The translations under genes were made by a program, and so were the position numbers. Below are positions 36,983 through 45,789 of a DNA stretch of 64,000 bases, in pieces. The notes below the pieces were generated by a model, which was given only the letters and a program-made list of their open reading frames with translations, made no database searches and was not told the origin of the DNA. How positions within the stretch are numbered: position 1 is the stretch's first letter; each line of letters opens with the position of its first letter. This stretch comes from a bacterium. Lineage in GTDB: Bacteria; UBA10199; 2-02-FULL-44-16; JAAZCA01. Location of the stretch: the NCBI GenBank assembly GCA_963674695.2, contig CAXXGI010000001.1, positions 960,001-1,024,000 of the forward strand, written 5' to 3'.

Positions 36983-37708
36983 TCAGCCATCCAGTTCGTA
37001 GTCGACCGTCGAGACGACGCGGACCTTCTTCTGGATCTGTTCGGCCTCATTGCCGCCGGCGATACCGTCGCGCGCCATAATCCGAAAGACGCCCTGATTG
37101 GCGCGGCGAATCGAACCGACGCGGCTGCCGGAATCCTTTGCGAACTGCTCGGCGGCAGCGCGTGCGTTGGCGGTAGCTAAAGCCAGCATCGCCGGCTTGA
37201 TGGCGTTGAGCTGTGTGAAGACATACTGCGGTCCGGAATACCCCTCGAGGATGACGCCTTTGCGCACGAGCTCACCCGTGCGCTGGGAGAGCTGCGCGAT
37301 CAGATCCACCTGATCGGAACGCACGCCGACGGAGCCCGCGATGATGAAACGGTGACCGATATTCTCGGGCCGATACTGTTGGGCGTACATGTCGGTCACG
37401 TCCAGCCGCCCGATCGTGATCGCCGCTGCATCGATCCCCTGCGCCTTGAGAAACGCGACGATCGTGTCTCGATCGCGCTCGATGCTCGCCTGCACCTCGA
37501 CGAGCCCATCGCCCGCCGCCTTGAAGCGGATCGTCCAGACCGCCAGATCGGCCTGCACATCCTTCTCCGCCAGCCCCTTGACGGTGACGGAGCGATCGGC
37601 CATGCGAAAGTTCATCATGCCGCGACCGATGAAGATGCCCCCCGCCAACGACCCAAGCGCGAGGATCAGCGCGGCGATGAGGACGATACCGTGAAGTCTC
37701 TGCTGCAT
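36983..37708 (-). CDS. SIMPL (DUF541) domain protein
   Basis: RSVTVKGLAEKDVQADLAVW, ATANARAAAEQFAKDSGSRVGSIRRANQG, KKVRVVSTVDY; AGGAGG SD. Confidence 0.92.
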   Translation of the reverse strand: MQQRLHGIVLIAALILALGSLAGGIFIGRGMMNFRMADRSVTVKGLAEKDVQADLAVWTIRFKAAGDGLVEVQASIERDRDTIVAFLKAQGIDAAAITIGRLDVTDMYAQQYRPENIGHRFIIAGSVGVRSDQVDLIAQLSQRTGELVRKGVILEGYSGPQYVFTQLNAIKPAMLALATANARAAAEQFAKDSGSRVGSIRRANQGVFRIMARDGIAGGNEAEQIQKKVRVVSTVDYELDG

Positions 37709-37781
37709 AACCCCTCCTGCGTTGCGTTTCGAGACTCTCCATAACCGCTCTGTGCGCGTGTGTAAACAGGGCAGGAATAGC

Positions 37782-37947
37782 AAAAAGGCCGCCCGCGTCA
37801 CGGACGGCCCTGCATGTGCTGGCAAACCTGAGCGTTGTCATCCCCGCGAAAGCGGGGATCCCGATTGACCATTACAAGCGGATTCCCGCCTCCGCGGGAA
37901 TGACAACCTTTAGGTGTACGGGAATAGCCTCATGGACGGCCCTGCAT
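37782..37947. mobile_element. REP doublet flanked by 14-bp direct repeats overlapping a terminator
   Basis: GGACGGCCCTGCAT at 37802-37815 and 37934-37947; GTCATCCCCGCGAAAGCGGGGATC...GATTCCCGCCTCCGCGGGAATGAC; hairpin AAAAAGGCCGCCCG..CGGACGGCC. Confidence 0.8.
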
Positions 37948-37968
37948 TCGTATCATTATAAATGAGCG

Positions 37969-38790
37969 CTAGAAACGACGGCGAATGACGCCAAGCCCCC
38001 AGGCCAGCACGAGGATCAGCAGCGGCGCGTTCGGCGCGCTGCCCGGAACGGCCATGCATCCGCCGTTGCCCTGCACCTGGTCCGGACCGGGATCGAAGGC
38101 GATGCCCTGATTCGGGTTCGGCGTCGGCGTCTCGTTGGGAATGAAACCGCCGCCGCGATTCGTCGGGCAGTCGCTGGAGCGCTGCTCGGGATTATCGAGG
38201 AGTCGGCAGTTGTCACAGGCATCGCCGAATTCGTCGGTGTCGCTGTTCTGTTGCGTGGGGTTGTAGCGCACCGGGCAGTTGTCGATGTAATCCTCGATCG
38301 TGTCGCTATCGGTGTCGATGCAGGCGCGCAGGTCCTGATCGGCGTTGGCACTGGTGCGGCAGTTGTCGCGATAGTCTTCGATGCCGTCCCCGTCGAAATC
38401 GTCGCAGGCATCGCCCACGCCGTTGCCGTCCCAATCGGTCTGATGCCCGCCGAGCTCCTCGATCTCGGTCATCGGTTGACCCGTTCCGGGCTCGATCACG
38501 CCGTCGATGTTGCAGTAGTCGGGGCTCAAATCGCAGTCGCCGTTGGGATGAATCGGGCAGTTGTCGATGGCATAACCGTCCGGTTCGCCATCGCCGTTGC
38601 AGTCCTGGCTGTCGCTGAAATCCGGAACGCCGTCGCAGTCGGCATCGTTGAGCTCGATCCCGTCCATGGTGACCCCGCAGCCCAAACCATAGGGGGCCAC
38701 CGCCGGGCAGTCGTTCGGATCGAGGGCCACGGCCACCTGGGCCACCGCCACGATTGCGAGCATCGTCATGATCGTCAGAAGAGGTCTCAT
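37969..38790 (-). CDS. Thrombospondin type-3 repeat surface protein with GC-TM-RRR tail
   Basis: DNCP, DGNGVGDACD, NPTQQNSDTDEFGDACDNC; tail GNGGCM...VIRRRF. Confidence 0.9.
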   Translation of the reverse strand: MRPLLTIMTMLAIVAVAQVAVALDPNDCPAVAPYGLGCGVTMDGIELNDADCDGVPDFSDSQDCNGDGEPDGYAIDNCPIHPNGDCDLSPDYCNIDGVIEPGTGQPMTEIEELGGHQTDWDGNGVGDACDDFDGDGIEDYRDNCRTSANADQDLRACIDTDSDTIEDYIDNCPVRYNPTQQNSDTDEFGDACDNCRLLDNPEQRSSDCPTNRGGGFIPNETPTPNPNQGIAFDPGPDQVQGNGGCMAVPGSAPNAPLLILVLAWGLGVIRRRF

Positions 38791-38827
38791 CCCTACTCCT
38801 CAATAAAACATTCCATGTGGGTTCATA

Positions 38828-39574
38828 TTATGTGCGTCGACGAATCACGAGTCCGGAAAACGCCGACAGAAAGAGCATCACGATCGAAAGGTCAACCGTA
38901 CCCGATGCGGCCACGCTGCAACCGCTGGAGCCATAGGCTCGCGCCTGGCGCGTGCTCGGAATCGGATCGTTCTCGCTCGCCGCGATCGGATCTTCCTGAT
39001 CGCAAGCATCGCCGCGTGAATCCCGGTCGGAATTGGCCTGATCCGGGTTGTAGACGGTCGGACAGTTATCGACGCGATCGCCAAAACCATCGCCGTCGGC
39101 ATCGTCGAAACAGGCATCGCCAAAACCATCCTCATCGGTGTCGAGCTGATCGACATTGGCGATCAGGCGACAGTTATCACAGGAATCGCCGACGCCGTCA
39201 TCATCGTAGTCAGCCTGGCTCGGGTTGCGTCGATCGATGCAGTTGTCGATGTTGTCCCAGACGTGGTCACCATCGCTGTCCTCGCACGCATCCGGATCCT
39301 GCACGCCGTCCTCGTCCGGCGGATTGTCGACGGCCGGACAGTTGTCCTCGGCATCGACGATCCCATCCCCGTCCGAGTGATCGCACGCATCACCGATGTC
39401 GTCGCGATCCCAGTCGGACTGGGTCGGGTTGGCCACATTCGGACAGTTATCGACGATATGGCCGAAGGCGTCCCGCGTGGGCACGTCGTCTCCGTCCGGA
39501 TCGTCTAGGGCCCAAGCATTGCCCGCCAGGGCAAGCACCAGGACCAGTCCAAAAATTCCGATGAGTTTCTTCAT
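38828..39574 (-). CDS. Thrombospondin type-3 repeat surface protein with GC-TM-RRR tail
   Basis: Multiple DNCPxVxNPxQxDxDxDxxGDAC; tail GSSGCSV...VIRRRT. Confidence 0.92.
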   Translation of the reverse strand: MKKLIGIFGLVLVLALAGNAWALDDPDGDDVPTRDAFGHIVDNCPNVANPTQSDWDRDDIGDACDHSDGDGIVDAEDNCPAVDNPPDEDGVQDPDACEDSDGDHVWDNIDNCIDRRNPSQADYDDDGVGDSCDNCRLIANVDQLDTDEDGFGDACFDDADGDGFGDRVDNCPTVYNPDQANSDRDSRGDACDQEDPIAASENDPIPSTRQARAYGSSGCSVAASGTVDLSIVMLFLSAFSGLVIRRRT

Positions 39575-39625
39575 ATCTGTCTCCCCCACCGGGCGGTTGC
39601 CCGGGGATACCCCCTTCCACTTCTA

Positions 39626-39652
39626 TTATCGGTTGCGGCGCCAAAATGTTGC
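39626..39652 (-). promoter_or_regulatory. Sigma28-like promoter variant
   Basis: Minus strand GCAACATT-N11-ACCGATAA upstream of the TSP3 genes. Confidence 0.6.
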
Positions 39653-39718
39653 GTAAAAAGCGCCATCATCCAACGCCATGAAATCATTTGGATTGTTGGC
39701 GTTACTCCCCAGCGGATC

Positions 39719-39750
39719 AAAAAAACCCCGCCGGAAGGGCGGGGTTTTTG
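39719..39750. terminator. Bidirectional intrinsic terminator
   Basis: AAAAAAACCCCGCC-GGAAG-GGCGGGGTTTTT. Confidence 0.9.
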
Positions 39751-39770
39751 AAGTGTCATGCTGTCACCAG

Positions 39771-41261
39771 TCACCGGCGTTTGCGATAGATCATCGGGGT
39801 CATCGCCACGATCAGGAAGAGCAGGCCAAAGGGATTGGCCGTCGTCGCCTCGACGAGACTCAGGCCACAACCGCCACCCTCGCTCATTGGATTGCCGTCA
39901 TCATCATCATCGTCATCGCCGTTCGGGCCAGGGCCTGGGATGACGATCGAACAGCTCACGTCATCCGGATTGTCGTCACAAAAGGCCTCGCTGCCGGGAC
40001 AGCTCGGGTCATCCGGATTGTCGTCACAGAACTCCTCATTGCCGGGGCAGCTCGGATCGCTGGGGTTGAGATCACAATCGACGCCCGGATCGGTGCACGC
40101 AGGATCCTCGGGATTGAGATCGCAGTCGACGACCGGGTCCGTGCACTCGGGATCATCGGTATGTTCTTCACAATACGCCTCGCTTCCAGGACACAAGGCG
40201 CTCTCGGGATTGAGGTCGCAATCAAAAACATAATAACACCCCGGCGAATTTGGAAATTGCGCGCAATCGATGAGGGTATAACCACCGGGAATGATGACAC
40301 CCGTTCCGGGGATCACGAGATATCCATCGCGATCATTTGGAATCCCATCGCGGTCGCTATCGACTGAACAGAGGTCCGCGCCCGGCTTTAACGCCACGCC
40401 CGGCCCCTGCACGCAGTTGGTCATCCGAATCCAGGGAGTGATTTCGGTGTCGTCATTCAGATTATTGACGGTATCGTTGTCGCGGATCACGCGAAAGAAG
40501 CGCCCTTCGATAGGATACATGCTTGCACCGATATCATTTGCTTCAAAATCACACTCGACAACATCATCGCCAAGATGGCTGCATTCCCGCATGTCGCCAA
40601 GGAAACGCTCCATAGCGATCTCATCACTCGCATACGGTGCGAGTCCCTCCTGAATGCGCAGGTCGCGCCAATTCGATTCCATCGCCACATGAATTCGAAA
40701 TGAATAGTATTGGGTATTCCCTGATTTTCGAGCATCTATCAGCGTCAGGAAATGATGTGGAACCACGCTCAGATCGAACACCGGGAGATCCGCCTGAACG
40801 ATGTCGAAGTTGCGCTCGACATTTTCACAGAGATCCGCATCGCCGAGCTGCGCCTCAATGAATCCATCCTCGATGGCTCCGCGCCGCAGCCGATCGCTGA
40901 GCTGACACATGCGCGCCTTGATATGAACGCCGATCGAATCGTTGCGCTTGATCGCACCGGGAGCAGCCGTCACGGTGCAGCGCGCCTTGTCTTCGTCATC
41001 GAGAAACGTGCACTGTACATCCTCGAAGCGCGTGGCGGGGTCGGAGAGGAGATAGGCGTACGTCCCGTTGTCGAGAACGACCTCGTCCGGATAGAGCTTG
41101 CCGCTCACCTGAGTCTCAATGATCAGGACGTCCTTGTCCTTCGGAAACTCGAAGCGCAGCGTATAGTCGGACGCATTCTCCGAAAGCGGAGAGTTGCACC
41201 CGAATGCCGCGCCGAAGAGACCGAGGGCGAGAACGAGAATGAGTACGCGCTTGTTCATCAT
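39771..41261 (-). CDS. Lipoprotein with tandem Cys/Asp/Pro repeats and GGGC-TM-basic tail
   Basis: Lipobox AAFGC; repeats CDLNPEDPAC / CDDNPDDPSC; tail EGGGCGL...IYRKRR; AAGGAGG SD. Confidence 0.85.
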   Translation of the reverse strand: MMNKRVLILVLALGLFGAAFGCNSPLSENASDYTLRFEFPKDKDVLIIETQVSGKLYPDEVVLDNGTYAYLLSDPATRFEDVQCTFLDDEDKARCTVTAAPGAIKRNDSIGVHIKARMCQLSDRLRRGAIEDGFIEAQLGDADLCENVERNFDIVQADLPVFDLSVVPHHFLTLIDARKSGNTQYYSFRIHVAMESNWRDLRIQEGLAPYASDEIAMERFLGDMRECSHLGDDVVECDFEANDIGASMYPIEGRFFRVIRDNDTVNNLNDDTEITPWIRMTNCVQGPGVALKPGADLCSVDSDRDGIPNDRDGYLVIPGTGVIIPGGYTLIDCAQFPNSPGCYYVFDCDLNPESALCPGSEAYCEEHTDDPECTDPVVDCDLNPEDPACTDPGVDCDLNPSDPSCPGNEEFCDDNPDDPSCPGSEAFCDDNPDDVSCSIVIPGPGPNGDDDDDDDGNPMSEGGGCGLSLVEATTANPFGLLFLIVAMTPMIYRKRR

Positions 41262-41302
41262 AGTGCCTCCTTGGCCCGGAAGAGGGCCTCACCGCTTTAA
41301 TT

Positions 41303-41318
41303 TGCAAGCCCCATGCCA
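41303..41318 (-). promoter_or_regulatory. Sigma54 -24/-12 promoter
   Basis: Minus strand TGGCATG-GGGC-TTGCA. Confidence 0.75.
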
Positions 41319-41496
41319 GAACACAGCACTCAGAACCAACTGAAATCACTGGAAGAATTAGAACACACGATAAAGAATTGGGGGATGGAGCGTCGTATTT
41401 GGCGACAGCAGTCGCCACGCAAGCGCATTCCATAACGTTCCCGATGCCCTCGAAAAATGCTGGTCATGAGGGGCAGGCATCGCTAGAGAGGGGGCG

Positions 41497-42228
41497 ATGA
41501 AGAGTGCCACACAGAAGATCCTCATCACCGGGGCCACGGGCTCGATCGGAGAGGCGATCGCGAAACGGCTCGCCGCACCGGGGCGTGCGCTCGTTTTGGG
41601 CACGCATCGCAATGCCGACGCCGCGCATGCGCTCGCACAGGAGCTCTCGACGAACGCGTGCACCGCCTCGGTGATCGCGATGGATATCACCCCGCCGGAG
41701 GCACCGCGGCGCATCGTGGGTGAAGCAGCCAACCGGATGGACGGCCTGGATGCCCTGATCCACTGTGCGGCGACGTTTGAGCGCACACCGCTCATGGATC
41801 TGGATGAAGCGGCATGGCATCGAACGATCGATGCGAATCTCACCGCGACCTTCTTCCTCGCCCAGGCCGCCGCACGCACAATGGAGGGCCGCGGCGGCAG
41901 GATGATCTTCTTCTCAGACGTCGCCGCACAGAAACCGTATGGCGACTGGCTCCCCTATAGCATCGCCAAAGCGGGGGTGGAGGCGCTGGTCAAGGGACTG
42001 GCCAAGAAGCTCACGCCAAAAATCATCGTCAACGCCATCGCCCCGTATCTCGCCTCGCAACCGGAGGGGATGGACGACGATACATTTGCACAACTCATCG
42101 CCAAGACGCCGATGCAACGCGCACAGTCTCCAGAAGAAATCGCCACGCTCGCGGCATGGCTCATCGATGAGGCTCATTCCATCACCGGACAGGTGATCGC
42201 TGTGGATGGGGGACGCACACTTCCGTGA
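41497..42228 (+). CDS. SDR oxidoreductase (pteridine reductase/FolM-like)
   Basis: ITGATGSIG, YSIAK, VNAIAP, ITGQVIAVDGG; adjacent to queD. Confidence 0.85.
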   Translation: MKSATQKILITGATGSIGEAIAKRLAAPGRALVLGTHRNADAAHALAQELSTNACTASVIAMDITPPEAPRRIVGEAANRMDGLDALIHCAATFERTPLMDLDEAAWHRTIDANLTATFFLAQAAARTMEGRGGRMIFFSDVAAQKPYGDWLPYSIAKAGVEALVKGLAKKLTPKIIVNAIAPYLASQPEGMDDDTFAQLIAKTPMQRAQSPEEIATLAAWLIDEAHSITGQVIAVDGGRTLP

Positions 42229-42290
42229 CACGTGACACGTGACCACGTAACGCATGTCCCTCGTTACGTGTTACGTGTTACGTGTTACGG
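42224..42290. repeat. Inverted heptamer arrays (CGTGACA / GTTACGT) from SDR stop to queD start
   Basis: cgtgaca x3 containing the TGA stop, then gttacgt x4. Confidence 0.9.
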
Positions 42291-42298
42291 CATTCAAC

Positions 42299-42700
42299 AT
42301 GTACACCGTATCCAAAACCTTCACCTTCAGCTACGGCCATCGGCTCTTGCACGATGCGGGCCGCTGCCGACACCTGCACGGCCACACCGGACGCGCGACG
42401 ATCGTGCTCGCGCGCGATGCACTCGATGCAAACGGCATGGTCTGCCACTTCGACCGACTGAAGGAAACGATCGGCACCTGGATCCACGACACCCTCGATC
42501 ACGCCCTCCTGCTCAATGCGGAGGACCCACTGACGCTGTTGCTGCGCGACGCGAACGAACGCTTCCTGCCGATGGAGGGAAACCCAACTGCCGAACGCAT
42601 CGCCGAACTCATATTCGACCAAGCCCGCACCTTCAATCTCCCCATCCACGCCGTCGAGGTCTGGGAATCAGAGACCTCAAAGGCCACCGTCACCACTTGA
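42299..42700 (+). CDS. queD: 6-carboxytetrahydropterin synthase (PTPS family)
   Basis: YGHRL, CRHLHGH, LDHA, NPTAE, VWES. Confidence 0.9.
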   Translation: MYTVSKTFTFSYGHRLLHDAGRCRHLHGHTGRATIVLARDALDANGMVCHFDRLKETIGTWIHDTLDHALLLNAEDPLTLLLRDANERFLPMEGNPTAERIAELIFDQARTFNLPIHAVEVWESETSKATVTT

Positions 42701-42724
42701 AATTGATCATTGCCGATGTTCCTT

Positions 42725-42965
42725 GTCCCGACCGAACGCAATGCCTCACTGGTGCGCCTTGCGGAGCGAGCCGTTTTGGCCTGCGAAGAGACGTCGGTTG
42801 AGACCCTTAGGTCTCAATTCCGAGTGATGTTTGAGCCCGCCAAAAATCTTATGCGCTCTTCTTCCTTCGGCGGGCGAGTTCGCGAGGAAAGACGGATCGA
42901 GTCAGATGCCAAAACGTGCAAGCGGAGCGTAAGCGCACCAGTGAGGCATTGCGTTCGGTCGGGAC
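42725..42965 (+). ncRNA. Candidate structured RNA or MITE, copy 1: ~155-nt core closed by a perfect 33-bp stem
   Basis: Arms 42725-42757 and 42933-42965 are exact reverse complements; core nearly identical to 43844-43999. Confidence 0.6.
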
Positions 42966-42993
42966 GTGAAGACGGCAGCACAACTTTATGCGC

Positions 42994-43022
42994 AAAAAAA
43001 GGCGACCGGGAGGCCGCCTCTT
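42994..43022 (-). terminator. Intrinsic terminator downstream of the nfuA-like gene
   Basis: AAAAAAAGGCGACC-GGGA-GGCCGCCT. Confidence 0.75.
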
Positions 43023-43043
43023 CGTCGAGCTGTTTTGCTTCGT

Positions 43044-43271
43044 CTATCCCGAGACCACTTCCTTCAGTTCCGGAAACGCCTTCTTGAGCGCCGCTTCAAC
43101 ACCCGACTTGAGCGTCATGAGCGAAAACGGACAGCATCCGCACGCGCCCGTGAGTTTCACCACGACCGTATTGTCGTCCTTGATCTCGATGAGATCGATG
43201 CCACCGCCGTCGGCTGCGAGCCGTGGGCGGATCTGCTCTTCGATGACCTTCTCGACCGCCTGCTTATCCAT
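43044..43271 (-). CDS. NifU/NfuA-like Fe-S carrier domain protein
   Basis: IRPRLAADGGGI, LTGACGCCPFSLMTLKSGVE; AAGGAGG SD. Confidence 0.92.
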   Translation of the reverse strand: MDKQAVEKVIEEQIRPRLAADGGGIDLIEIKDDNTVVVKLTGACGCCPFSLMTLKSGVEAALKKAFPELKEVVSG

Positions 43272-43287
43272 GTGAATCCTCCTTGAT

Positions 43288-43656
43288 TTACTGCTGATAG
43301 TCACTGGCACAACTGATCGTGCAGGTTTCCCCCGCACAACTCAGCATGATGCGCGTGTATTTGTCATAGCGATAGGTACCCGACGCATCGAGCGCCTTGC
43401 CGAACTGGCGCCGAAAGGTCGATTCCATCTTCGCCTTCGCGCCGCCCTGCGCCTGCATGCTCTGTGCATAGCGCTGGCAGTCGAGCAAACCCCGCGACGC
43501 CTCGGCCTGCGCCTGGCGCGGTGCAGGCGAAACCGTCTCGGCCTGCGCCAACAACGTCGGCTTGTCCGCCGCCACACTGCCGGATTCCGGATAGACCGCT
43601 CCGATCGCCAATGCTGCCGAGATCACCACTGCTCCCCATATCATGATTCGCTTCAT
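43288..43656 (-). CDS. Small exported hypothetical protein
   Basis: MKRIMIWGAVVISAALAIGA signal; GGGAGG SD. Confidence 0.65.
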   Translation of the reverse strand: MKRIMIWGAVVISAALAIGAVYPESGSVAADKPTLLAQAETVSPAPRQAQAEASRGLLDCQRYAQSMQAQGGAKAKMESTFRRQFGKALDASGTYRYDKYTRIMLSCAGETCTISCASDYQQ

Positions 43657-43810
43657 CGTATCCTCCCTTTCATTCTGCGGCCGAATGCGGCACGCAGGGT
43701 GATTTCGCGCACAGCAAACCCGGATTGTCAAGACGACCAAAACCCGTCATAAGGAACAGGGATCAGGACCGTGCGTCCTGATGGGAGATGTCAAACGGGA
43801 ACATGTTTTC

Positions 43811-44037
43811 ACGGCGAGGATTTCCCAGGGTCGTTCATCGCGAAGCGAGCCGTTTTGGCCTGCGAGAAGACGTCGGTTGAGACCTTTAGGTCTCAATTCC
43901 GAGTGATGTTTGAGCCCGCCAAAAATCTCATGCGCCCTTCTTCCTTCGGCGGGCGAGTTCGCGAGGAAAGACGGCTCGAGACAGATGCCAAAACGTGCGA
44001 GAGAAGCGAAAGAACGACCCTGGGAAATCCTCGCCGT
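43811..44037 (+). ncRNA. Candidate structured RNA or MITE, copy 2: same core closed by a different perfect 26-bp stem
   Basis: Arms 43811-43836 and 44012-44037 are exact reverse complements and unrelated to the copy 1 arms. Confidence 0.6.
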
Positions 44038-44066
44038 AAAACCGAATTCCTGCTTTGGAGGTGCGG

Positions 44067-44666
44067 ATGACCGCACGCCGTTCAAAATCTCTCTGGTATC
44101 TGGCGATGATCGCCTATTTTACGGTCGGATACATGACGATCAACGCGCTCTCCCAGGGCCGTACGCACTTCTGGGATGTCTCGCTCCCCTTTGAATCGCA
44201 GATCCCGTTCCTGCCGATCTTCATCTTCGGCTATGTCCTGGTCTACGGAACCGTGGTGGCCGTCTACTTCGTCCTGGACGAGGGCGCCGAGTGGAGACGC
44301 GCGGTCGTCACCTTCTTTCTCGCAACGACCTTGGCGTATGGCTTCTTTCTCCTCCTGCCCGTACGCATGGAGCTGCGACCGGATCTTACGGAACTGACCG
44401 GCTTCAATGTCCTTGCGACCCAGCTCTATTATCGGATCGACCTGCCCTACAACTGCTTCCCCTCGCTGCACGTCACCTATCCGACGCTGGCCACACTCGT
44501 TTCCTGGCGCGGGCATCGCATCTGGCGATGGATCTTTCTCGCGATGACCGCGATCATCGCCGTGTCGGTGGTGCTGGTCAAACAGCACTACATCGCCGAT
44601 GTCGTCGCGGGATTTCTGAATGCGGGATTGTGTTTTTGGATTGCGAAAAAGGCAGTGAGATTGTGA
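44067..44666 (+). CDS. PAP2-superfamily (Aur1/IPC synthase-like) membrane protein
   Basis: NCFPSLHV and VKQHYIADVVAG motifs; GGAGG SD. Confidence 0.85.
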   Translation: MTARRSKSLWYLAMIAYFTVGYMTINALSQGRTHFWDVSLPFESQIPFLPIFIFGYVLVYGTVVAVYFVLDEGAEWRRAVVTFFLATTLAYGFFLLLPVRMELRPDLTELTGFNVLATQLYYRIDLPYNCFPSLHVTYPTLATLVSWRGHRIWRWIFLAMTAIIAVSVVLVKQHYIADVVAGFLNAGLCFWIAKKAVRL

Positions 44667-44838
44667 GATAGCAAAATGGTGAGATGGCTAAAGGCAAGAT
44701 CGTGAGATGGTGAGATGGCTGAATCGCATGATGGCTAAAATCGATTTTGGGTTGAGCTATCTCACTATTGAGCTATCTCGCGATCTCACGATCTGACTAT
44801 TGAGCCATCTCACCATTTAGCCATTCAGCCATCTCACA
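44654..44838. repeat. Inverted degenerate 8/9-mer arrays (GAGATGGT / CCATCTCA) between convergent genes
   Basis: gtgagatg-like units in the left half, catctcac-like units in the right half. Confidence 0.8.
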
Positions 44839-44840
44839 AA

Positions 44841-45626
44841 TCACACCTTCGAATGCTCGACGCTGATCACCTCAACGCCGTCCTCCAGGACAACACCGAG
44901 ATCGGCAAAGAGATTGGGCGCCTCCTCCTTCATCAGACGACACATCGTCACGGCCAGCTCGCGGATCTCGGTGTCGGCATGCGCACTCCCGCGCATCTCG
45001 AAGAAGTGACGCAGCGCGCGCGCATTGGCGGTGATGAAAATCTTTGTCTCGGTAGCGTTGGGCAAGACCGAGCGCGCCGACTGCCGCACGATCTTGCGCC
45101 GATCGGTCTGGGAGAGCTCCGGGTGGAGCTCCTTCACCACCGGGTCGGTCGCCTCGACCAGGTCACAATAGCAGCGGTGTGCATCCTGAACCGCCTCGAG
45201 CCACTTTCCATACAGCTCCGGGTGCTCGCGATAGAAGGGCGGGCAGACATAGCGCGCATCAGACTCATCGACATAGCGTTGGGAAAGTTGGCTATATCCC
45301 CAACCGGATCTGTGTCGGATGAGTTCGTGCGTGAGGGAACGCGAGATGCCGGTGATGAGAAAATTCCAGACGCAGTGTTCGAGGACCGAGCCGTGATGGC
45401 TGGAGATGATCCGGTCGAGATAGTCGCGGTTGGTCTTGCGCCCCTTGCCGAAGGACATGTAACAGGTGCGGCCCGCCGTTTCCGCGAGCACCTCGGCGGC
45501 CACATCGGTGTCGGTTGAAAAGGCCATCCCCTCATCGTCGATGAACCCCTCCAACACCTTGGTATCGACTTGTTGTCGGCCAACGAGATAGACCCGCGCT
45601 TCGGTAACGATCTGATCCTTTGTCAT
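44841..45626 (-). CDS. thyX: Flavin-dependent thymidylate synthase
   Basis: HGSVLEH, THELIRHR..SQLSQRY, ARSVLP, NARALRHF. Confidence 0.96.
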   Translation of the reverse strand: MTKDQIVTEARVYLVGRQQVDTKVLEGFIDDEGMAFSTDTDVAAEVLAETAGRTCYMSFGKGRKTNRDYLDRIISSHHGSVLEHCVWNFLITGISRSLTHELIRHRSGWGYSQLSQRYVDESDARYVCPPFYREHPELYGKWLEAVQDAHRCYCDLVEATDPVVKELHPELSQTDRRKIVRQSARSVLPNATETKIFITANARALRHFFEMRGSAHADTEIRELAVTMCRLMKEEAPNLFADLGVVLEDGVEVISVEHSKV

Positions 45627-45645
45627 TGTTTGTTCCCACTCCGTT

Positions 45646-45741
45646 TGTCATCCTCGAATGGTGTCATCGGGGATCCAGTCTCATAAAGTCGTACACAAAG
45701 ACACCTGGCTGGATTCCCGCTTTAAGCATGCAGGAATGACA
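45646..45741. repeat. REP-like palindrome doublet
   Basis: TGTCATCCTCGAATGGTGTCATCGGGGATCCAG...CTGGATTCCCGCTTTAAGCATGCAGGAATGACA. Confidence 0.75.
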
Positions 45742-45789
45742 TGCGTACAAAACGAGGTTTTTAGAGGTGTTCTCATGCCATTGCAACGC

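Noticed and set aside
42710-44085. Similar short ORFs (42710-43087, 43771-44070, 43747-44085) suggesting a duplicated gene
   Set aside because: They are translations of the non-coding structured repeat; no consistent start, stop or SD
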